Below are positions 57,588 to 64,000 of a DNA stretch of 64,000 nt, one piece after another. The stretch comes from a virus. Under the pieces are notes generated by a model that saw only the letters and a program-made list of their open reading frames with translations, searched no databases and was not told the origin of the DNA. The first letter of the stretch is position 1. Each line of letters begins with the position of its first letter. A program made the translations under genes and the position numbers. The DNA lies in IMG/VR virus record IMGVR_UViG_3300027659_000009, positions 64,001 through 128,000 of that record, one strand, 5' to 3'.

Positions 57588-58373
57588 ATGAAAAAAAGAG
57601 TGTTTAGACTTACTGAGAGTCAAATAGAACGTTTAAGTAAAAGATTTTTAAATGAATCGTATGGTTTAATAACTTATCAAGACACAATATGTGAAATTGT
57701 TTGTAAGGAAAAAGTTGCCAAATACGGATCCAGAGGAGACGTTGTTCAAATGATACAACACTTATTATATGCTAATAAATATAATACAAAATACTCAGGT
57801 GGTGGAATGAAAGGTGATTACTGTTACAGTGATTTTAGAGAATGTGACGGCATATTTAAAGATCAAACCAAAATTGCGGTGGAGGAGTTCCAAAGATTCG
57901 TACGTATAAACGTTGACGGTGTAGTTGGTTATGAAACATGGAAGGCTATGTGTAGTAAGTTAACGTTTACCAAATCATTACCAAAAAATAAATTTTGTGT
58001 GGAATGTTTTTGTGAAGATTTTCAGGATGATTTTAAAGACGATTTTAAAGATATAGATGTTTTTGATCCAATTAAGGGAATTGACTCTATTGATTGTGAG
58101 AAATTAAAAAAATGTGTTAAAGATCATATCTTAATACCAGGACCAAATTATTTAGGTTTTGAAAAATGTATCGGTGGAGAGGTAAATGGAAAAAGTAGTT
58201 GGTCTTGTATGGTGTGTAAAGATACATTTAAATCGGGTTACATTGATAAACAACCTAAGATTATTAATGATCCAAACTATAAAAATACTCCCGCATATTT
58301 AGAATTTTTACGAAAATCGGAATTAGGTGATTGGTGTCTGTCTCACTGTGACGGTTTTGAACAATTAATGTAA
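57588..58373 (+). CDS. Class A leader plus peptidoglycan-binding domain, Cys-rich
   Basis: RVFRLTESQIERL..FLNE; GSRGDVV..IQ..L, DGIF...T..AV..FQ, VDGVVG..TW. Confidence 0.8.
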   Translation: MKKRVFRLTESQIERLSKRFLNESYGLITYQDTICEIVCKEKVAKYGSRGDVVQMIQHLLYANKYNTKYSGGGMKGDYCYSDFRECDGIFKDQTKIAVEEFQRFVRINVDGVVGYETWKAMCSKLTFTKSLPKNKFCVECFCEDFQDDFKDDFKDIDVFDPIKGIDSIDCEKLKKCVKDHILIPGPNYLGFEKCIGGEVNGKSSWSCMVCKDTFKSGYIDKQPKIINDPNYKNTPAYLEFLRKSELGDWCLSHCDGFEQLM

Positions 58374-58627
58374 TGAAAAAAGTAATTATAACTGAGAAAC
58401 AATTAATAGGTATAATAGAAGAGTCTTATTATGAAGAGTCATATTATGATTCTCAAAAATTATATAGTAAACAGTATATAGAGGAAATAACCAGAACTGC
58501 ACCTTTTAATATTAAAAACATCGCAAGAGGATTAGAGGTTCTTGGGTGTACAGATAGTAATGGTAATACTATACAGTGTGTAAGAATTCCTGAAGTATTA
58601 TTTGTTTACATCAGTGGTAGATATTAA
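58373..58627 (+). CDS. Class A leader protein
   Basis: MKKVIITEKQL..IIEE. Confidence 0.7.
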   Translation: MKKVIITEKQLIGIIEESYYEESYYDSQKLYSKQYIEEITRTAPFNIKNIARGLEVLGCTDSNGNTIQCVRIPEVLFVYISGRY

Positions 58628-58807
58628 TTGAGTTGTTATTTTAGAACCATAACACTCTAATTTCTTATTCACCACATTCCATAAATCTTTTTTTCCTTCT
58701 GTCATATGACAGTTGTGTTTTTTACCAGTCCTAACACCGAACTCCACAATCATATCATTATGTCGATTACGGATAAAGTGTGGACACTCTTTACAGGATT
58801 TCTTCAT
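58598..58807 (-). CDS. Small Cys/His protein
   Basis: CKECP, HNCH, CYG; ATG overlaps the stop of the upstream gene. Confidence 0.6.
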   Translation of the reverse strand: MKKSCKECPHFIRNRHNDMIVEFGVRTGKKHNCHMTEGKKDLWNVVNKKLECYGSKITTQLISTTDVNK

Positions 58808-59202
58808 TTTATTTTCCATACAAAGTAAACACATTTATCTGAACAATCCCAAGTATCTAAAAGTGTACCACCATCTAACACTGAAACGTGTTTAGATACT
58901 CTTATAATATATTTACCTTTAGGATCGATTTTAGATAATGTTTTTGCAGTCATCCTACGTTCTCCTTTTACGCCAGGGAATGAAATTCTCTCATAACTGA
59001 AACCTAAGTCAACTAAAGTATTTGTTATTTGACTCTCCCAATCTTTGTCAGTTCTTTTAGATGCCCTCCACCCATTATCGTACATAAGTTTATGTACTTT
59101 ACCGTATTCGGAATTTGTAATTATGGTTACCGCCCTAACCATACAATCCCCATTACTTTTAATGTCGTTTTCTGTCTTTGGTTGTGTGTGTCTAAAAATC
59201 AT
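58804..59202 (-). CDS. Conserved phage protein with papain/C39-like Cys-His pattern
   Basis: GDCMVRA, KHV...G...DTWD; host-type promoter at 59222-59252 (-). Confidence 0.65.
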   Translation of the reverse strand: MIFRHTQPKTENDIKSNGDCMVRAVTIITNSEYGKVHKLMYDNGWRASKRTDKDWESQITNTLVDLGFSYERISFPGVKGERRMTAKTLSKIDPKGKYIIRVSKHVSVLDGGTLLDTWDCSDKCVYFVWKIK

Positions 59203-59347
59203 AATTGTAAGTTTTATAATACAAAGATACGAAAAATTTTCCAAACCACAAAAAAAAGTTTTTACATTTGTGTAGAATTTTTTAAAAATTATTGATTTTT
59301 AAACTATTTTTTATGATAGTCTACATATTTATATGTAAAATATAGTT

Positions 59348-59785
59348 ATGAAAATTAGAAAAAACGGAAAAGTTATAGAACTAACTGAAAATGAACTTAA
59401 AAAGATTATAGATAAATCCCCTAATAATGTAGAGGAGGGTATCATCTCAACATTTAAAGGGCTGGGTGGTATGTTAAAAGGTACTGGTTTTAGTTATACT
59501 AAGTACGCATACGAAATGAGTGGAAAACTTAAAGAACTTAATGAGAATTTAGAGGAGGCAGTCGTTGAACTTGAAAGAATTTTAGATAAATCCAACCAAT
59601 CTAAAATGTCGAATATATCTTTTGATAGGTTGACTACACATATAACTGACGCATTAGATGCCTACAGAATGACTATTGGTACTAACGAAATAATCATTCA
59701 GGATTTAGAAAATTCTGTTTCTAATAATAGAAATCAAGGTAGGTCACAACAAAACCCTAATTCACAGTTTAATAATACCCCTTAA
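59348..59785 (+). CDS. Class A leader plus coiled-coil protein
   Basis: KVIELTENELKKII; VEEG. Confidence 0.75.
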   Translation: MKIRKNGKVIELTENELKKIIDKSPNNVEEGIISTFKGLGGMLKGTGFSYTKYAYEMSGKLKELNENLEEAVVELERILDKSNQSKMSNISFDRLTTHITDALDAYRMTIGTNEIIIQDLENSVSNNRNQGRSQQNPNSQFNNTP

Positions 59786-60048
59786 TCTAAGATTTCATAA
59801 TAAAAATATAAATCATTACCGTCAATCCCTACATAGAGTTGACGGTATTTTTTTTGTGAAAGAAATTCCTTCCTTTCTTTATCGTCTGTTTTGAATCTAA
59901 CGATTTTACCATTAACACCTTTAACTTTATCCCATCTATAATTAGTATCAGAAGAGGATTTAATAATAGGGCCCTTAGTTTCTTTTACCTCTTCTCTTTT
60001 TTTAGGTGAAGAGTCTTTTGGTAAATTACTATCTACTTTTTTTCTCAT
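59782..60048 (-). CDS. Hypothetical basic protein
   Basis: Minus-strand TATATTTG at 60056-60063. Confidence 0.6.
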   Translation of the reverse strand: MRKKVDSNLPKDSSPKKREEVKETKGPIIKSSSDTNYRWDKVKGVNGKIVRFKTDDKERKEFLSQKKYRQLYVGIDGNDLYFYYEILD

Positions 60049-60095
60049 ATTAAGGCAAATATACAAATTTTTAATTTAAAAACCAATATTTATAT

Positions 60096-60656
60096 ATGAA
60101 TATCTTAAATGAACTGATTATGAATGGTGAAAGTGTAAATAGAGTATTGTTGAATAAAATATTTATTATTTTAAAAAAAGACATAAGGTTTGAGGATGGT
60201 AAAATAGTTTTTAGTATTTACGATGACAGACAAGGTGAATTAACCATCCATAAAGGATCTGGAATAAATGTACTATTAAAAAATGGGGGATATGTAAACG
60301 ATTATTTAATCAGTTATTTAACGTATCAATATGGACTTAATATGGAAGAGTGTGAGATATTATGGCGTGAAATATCTTTATACCTTAAAAAAGAAAATTA
60401 TGTTTATAATTTAGGTCCAGTTCTCTATGAAGATTATATTGAGTATCAAGAGGATCCTTATCGTGTTGAAGGTTATGATGGTAAGAAATATAATATGAGG
60501 AATTTTGAAACCTTTAAAAAATTTGTAAATTACCACTCACACAGTTTTCATGATCCGTACAATGATGAAAGAGTAAATTATTTATCTATGATGGATGAAG
60601 AAGATTATAGAGGTGTCTATAATTATATAATGACTACAATAGAACAAAATTTATAA
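60096..60656 (+). CDS. YGL module plus second domain
   Basis: LLNKIF..L..D..YLTYQYGL..E...LW; LYE linker. Confidence 0.7.
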   Translation: MNILNELIMNGESVNRVLLNKIFIILKKDIRFEDGKIVFSIYDDRQGELTIHKGSGINVLLKNGGYVNDYLISYLTYQYGLNMEECEILWREISLYLKKENYVYNLGPVLYEDYIEYQEDPYRVEGYDGKKYNMRNFETFKKFVNYHSHSFHDPYNDERVNYLSMMDEEDYRGVYNYIMTTIEQNL

Positions 60657-60657
60657 T

Positions 60658-61599
60658 ATGCCTACAAGTAGATTATTTAAATATATCTTAAATGAGAATT
60701 CGGAAGATAATGAAGATTTAGATTATACTAAGGACAATATTTTTCCTGAAAAATTTTATGAGAGGGTTTTTAAGTTTTTAGATAAAAACCCTGAAAGAAT
60801 GTTTAAAACAATTGAGGACTTACAATTTGCCGGAAACTTTGACGGTGATTACGATCAATTTCAAAAAGAATATAATATTGCCTACAAATATTTGTCAGAA
60901 TATGAAAATAGGACACCGTTTTACATAACATTTGAATACGACAAAAACACTTTATCTGAATTTTTTAAAGAGGATAGAGATTATGATATACAAAAAATGG
61001 TAGGTGATTATTTTGGTAATGACTATGACTATGGTAGTGATTATGATTGTGTGGATACAGATTCTTGGTTGATTGATAAAATTAATCAAGAAAATATGGA
61101 AACACTAAAAAGTAAATATTTACAGGATTTACAAGGAGAAGAGAGTGAAGAAGATTTTCAAGAATACATTATATCAGAGTATGGTTCAGAAATAGGTTGT
61201 TCCGCATCTGAGGCACAATACAGTGCAGATATCGAATACTTACATTCAGATTTTGAAGAAGGGGTAATGGAGTACCTATCCAACCTTAATGGAAAATTAG
61301 TTAGAGACGATAAAGGGGAGATTAAGTTTGTAGGTAGTTTAGAGATAGGTGAGTTAACAAACAGTGAATGGTTTCAAGATGTAGTAGAAGATGCACTATA
61401 TAGTTATTATCCAGATTTAATTGATATATTTGCAGGTATAAAAGAAAAAGAACAGGATGGTTGGAGTGGACAATATAATTACTTTTTTCCTGACGACTTA
61501 ATACAAATTAATACGGATAAACATTTTAGATATGGTGGGGCAGGTGACATTGATTGGGGATATTTCAATGAAATACTAACGGATAGATTAAATTATTGA
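60658..61599 (+). CDS. Acidic leader protein, possibly related to the N-region of 17402-19786
   Basis: LFKYILNE; D/E-rich; weak similarity by eye. Confidence 0.65.
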   Translation: MPTSRLFKYILNENSEDNEDLDYTKDNIFPEKFYERVFKFLDKNPERMFKTIEDLQFAGNFDGDYDQFQKEYNIAYKYLSEYENRTPFYITFEYDKNTLSEFFKEDRDYDIQKMVGDYFGNDYDYGSDYDCVDTDSWLIDKINQENMETLKSKYLQDLQGEESEEDFQEYIISEYGSEIGCSASEAQYSADIEYLHSDFEEGVMEYLSNLNGKLVRDDKGEIKFVGSLEIGELTNSEWFQDVVEDALYSYYPDLIDIFAGIKEKEQDGWSGQYNYFFPDDLIQINTDKHFRYGGAGDIDWGYFNEILTDRLNY

Positions 61600-61622
61600 G
61601 GTTAAAGTTATATTTATAATAT

Positions 61623-62264
61623 ATGAGAACAAAAGATAAGGTAAGTAATATTAGAAAAGTTAATCTTCTTATGGAAATGAGAGATAGATTATTAAACGAA
61701 ACCCCTCCGTATCATCTTAATATGGATGAACCAGTTACCGCACCAAAGGCACAAAACGCATATTTAGAGGGTGACTCACCAAAATTGATAGGTAAAGAAG
61801 TTTGGTTTCACACAAATAGACACAATATTAAACACAATAAAAACGGTGCGTTTGGTGTTTATGGGAGAACTAAAAGGGGTAGAAAAAATTCTACACCTGG
61901 GATTATCGGTTATACCAATGATATACTATTAGGTGGTGATATAAACTTTGATATAAGTCTTGGGTACCATAACATTATGAGAACAACAAAAGACGCTGGA
62001 GAGATGTCTAAAAGAGAACAAGTAGTTGGTGTAGGTGGTGTTGTTCAAGATTTACCAGATGATCCAATTAACTTAAAAAATATGGCAGAAGAGATAAAAT
62101 ATAATCCATTTTTATCTGATTATTTCTACACTGCCGATGGTGAAAATAAAGTATTAGGGGCAGAATTTGTTTACGCAGAATACCGTCCAGATGGTAGTTA
62201 TTCATTACACGCGATAAACCCATTATTAGAACCATTTAAAATGGGTGAATATAATCCTTTTTAA
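61623..62264 (+). CDS. Leader-like protein of unknown function
   Basis: K..NIRKVNLLME.R..LLNE; IKYNPF..YF motif. Confidence 0.7.
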   Translation: MRTKDKVSNIRKVNLLMEMRDRLLNETPPYHLNMDEPVTAPKAQNAYLEGDSPKLIGKEVWFHTNRHNIKHNKNGAFGVYGRTKRGRKNSTPGIIGYTNDILLGGDINFDISLGYHNIMRTTKDAGEMSKREQVVGVGGVVQDLPDDPINLKNMAEEIKYNPFLSDYFYTADGENKVLGAEFVYAEYRPDGSYSLHAINPLLEPFKMGEYNPF

Positions 62265-62265
62265 T

Positions 62266-62697
62266 ATGACAAAATTTCAGGAGAGAATAATAAATTTGTT
62301 AAATAAGGATTATAATAAAAATACATTAGGTCGTAATTTTAATTTCAATTCTTTTGGGGATATTATGTTAATCGCTAGAAATGATATTTATAATGATTTA
62401 ATTAATCATTATGGTGTCGATGTAAATAGTCCAGAATATACTTTTATAGTGAGAAACTGGTGTAGACAAAATTATGGTGATGGTAAATATGCGATAGCAG
62501 GGGACACTATACGACTAATAAATATGCCCGATGATCCAAACCCTATTGAACCAGGTACAGTTGGTGTTGTTAAAGAAGTATCTTCCAATTCCGCGTTTAA
62601 TGAAGATTATTTAACTGTAAATTGGGAAAATGGGAGAAGTTTAAAGTTGATTGTTGGTTTGGATAAGTTTGAAAGAATTAAAGATAGTGTAAAATGA
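62266..62697 (+). CDS. Helical N-module plus DUF4314-like domain
   Basis: GDTIRLINMPDDPNPI.PGT.G.V, VNWENGRSL.LI..D. Confidence 0.75.
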   Translation: MTKFQERIINLLNKDYNKNTLGRNFNFNSFGDIMLIARNDIYNDLINHYGVDVNSPEYTFIVRNWCRQNYGDGKYAIAGDTIRLINMPDDPNPIEPGTVGVVKEVSSNSAFNEDYLTVNWENGRSLKLIVGLDKFERIKDSVK

Positions 62698-63734
62698 AAA
62701 AACTAATTAAACATATATTAAAAGAAGAGGTTGACAATAAGGTTAAGAAATATCTAGATTATATTGTAAATTCTTTGTTAAAAGACGTTTATCTAAAGGA
62801 AAATTCAGGTGAAACTAGATTTGGTAGTGCAGGTGAACTTACGGATATGAATCTATTCGGAGATGAGATATATGATTTAGTAAATAATCCTTTAGAATTT
62901 AGAAAATTGGGTTGGGATTTTTTAGTAGATGAAGAAGATCCTAACGATATGGGGTATTTTTTTAGGACAAATAAACCTGATTATGATTATGACTATGATG
63001 AATTTTATTATGAGGTTATATATGATTGGTTACACGATTTAACTGACAAAGGGTTATTAATTTATCATGAGGATTCTGGTGAACACGGTGAATGGGTAGT
63101 ACCAACAAAGGATTTAATAATTAAATCAAATTCAAATTTATCTTTTAATATACCATTATATTATGATATAAATAAACAAAGTTATTATATACCTGATATT
63201 GCAAGTACAAGTTTAAGAGTTCAAATAATGACTGATATAGATAAAGTGTACAGTATTAGTGATACATCTGAAATGGAATATGTTATAGATACTTTTTTAG
63301 AATTATTACCACAAAAATTAACTAATCTGGGTATTAATTTTTACATTAAAAATGATAGAATATTTAGTAAAGTTAGAAATAATATAAACGAAGGTATTGT
63401 CGAAGATTTTATTGAGTTTGGTAAAAGTGAATTGTCATTAGGTGACGATTTCAAAGTAAATTTAACAGACAATACTGATAGTGTTCAGACATTAGGTAAT
63501 TATGATATTGACGGTAAAGTGATTACCGTAGTTAAAAAGAATAGGGCAATACCAGATATAATTAGATCCATCGCACACGAAATGGTACACCATAATCAAA
63601 ATGTTAGAGGCGATCTGAGAGGAAGAGGAGACGAAGGTGAGGAGGGTTCTCCTTGGGAAGATGAGGCTAATTCGAGGGCAGGTAGATTAGTTAGAAGATT
63701 TGGGGATAAGAATCCTGAAATTTATGACTTATAG
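62694..63734 (+). CDS. Class C leader polyprotein with C-terminal zincin
   Basis: MKKLIKHILKEE; after INE: TLGNY, IAHEMVHH, EDEAN. Confidence 0.75.
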   Translation: MKKLIKHILKEEVDNKVKKYLDYIVNSLLKDVYLKENSGETRFGSAGELTDMNLFGDEIYDLVNNPLEFRKLGWDFLVDEEDPNDMGYFFRTNKPDYDYDYDEFYYEVIYDWLHDLTDKGLLIYHEDSGEHGEWVVPTKDLIIKSNSNLSFNIPLYYDINKQSYYIPDIASTSLRVQIMTDIDKVYSISDTSEMEYVIDTFLELLPQKLTNLGINFYIKNDRIFSKVRNNINEGIVEDFIEFGKSELSLGDDFKVNLTDNTDSVQTLGNYDIDGKVITVVKKNRAIPDIIRSIAHEMVHHNQNVRGDLRGRGDEGEEGSPWEDEANSRAGRLVRRFGDKNPEIYDL

Positions 63735-64000
63735 AATGTATTTCCTATAGAGATATCATTATCTTCACAAAATCCTACATTAACTTCTATATTTCCGTCA
63801 GAAAATTCTGAAGGTTTAATTATTGTTTCGTCATTAGGATACGCAGTGATAATATCTACAATAGTATCTTTATTGACAAATATCATATCGATAGGAAAAT
63901 TAACATTTTTCATCCAGAAACCACTACCAACGTAATCGTAATACATACCACAGTTTTGACATAGATTATCTCTATACATTAAACCAGTGACTTTTTCTTC
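63722..64000 (-). CDS. DUF192 family protein (5' end outside the window)
   Basis: GLMYR, FWMKNVNFPIDMIFV, IEVN.G. Confidence 0.85.
   Translation of the reverse strand, partial: EEKVTGLMYRDNLCQNCGMYYDYVGSGFWMKNVNFPIDMIFVNKDTIVDIITAYPNDETIIKPSEFSDGNIEVNVGFCEDNDISIGNTFYKS

Noticed and set aside
1049-59295. Many short antisense or out-of-frame ORFs in the track (e.g. 1049, 2820, 11864, 22102, 30738, 42360, 49197, 59029)
   Set aside because: They are shadows of better-supported genes, with no motifs or promoters.
1-64000. Stop-codon reassignment, as in some large Bacteroidota phages
   Set aside because: Genes are full length in code 11, and TAA, TAG and TGA all end recognisable proteins at expected positions.
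1-64000. Bacterial chromosome or eukaryotic giant virus origin
   Set aside because: No core bacterial operons. Bacterial sigma, bS21, holin-like genes, operonic overlaps and Bacteroidota promoters indicate a bacteriophage.

Overview
AT-rich, gene-dense 64-kb slice of a large (jumbo/huge) dsDNA phage that almost certainly infects a Bacteroidota host. Evidence: host-type TTTG-N19/20-TAnnTTTG promoters, no Shine-Dalgarno sites and a Bacteroidota-type bS21. No capsid, terminase or polymerase genes fall in the window; the standard genetic code fits. Two gene classes are interleaved. (1) Host-takeover and metabolic genes, many behind host-type promoters: an RNA-repair cluster (Rnl1-like ligase, AEP-like protein, phosphoesterase, kinase), SlyD, thioredoxin, peptidase, ferritin, bS21, IMPDH/GMPR, ECF sigma, thioesterase, GT2 plus PlcP/LpxH-like phosphoesterase, cytidylyltransferase and an HNH nuclease. 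(2) About 40 ORFs, mostly behind a strand-oriented TATTTAT motif, that start with one of three short conserved amphipathic leaders ending in [IL]-x-E (e.g. MKKIIRLTESDLxRIVxRVIxE). These leaders are fused to unrelated cargo (zincins, ADP-ribosyltransferase-like, ParB-like, LysM, PG-binding, PCD, flavodoxin-like, pre-toxin-like, acidic proteins). Related polyproteins have domains joined by [IL]NES linkers. Near-identical leader DNA, repeated intergenic blocks and one empty slot suggest a recombining cassette library for loading protease-processed cargo into the virion. This is the best candidate for an undescribed system, and the function is inferred. A low-coding island at 44.4-47.2 kb holds two or three promoter-driven structured RNA candidates and a GC-tract/palindrome region. 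All family assignments come from motif recognition by eye, not database searches.
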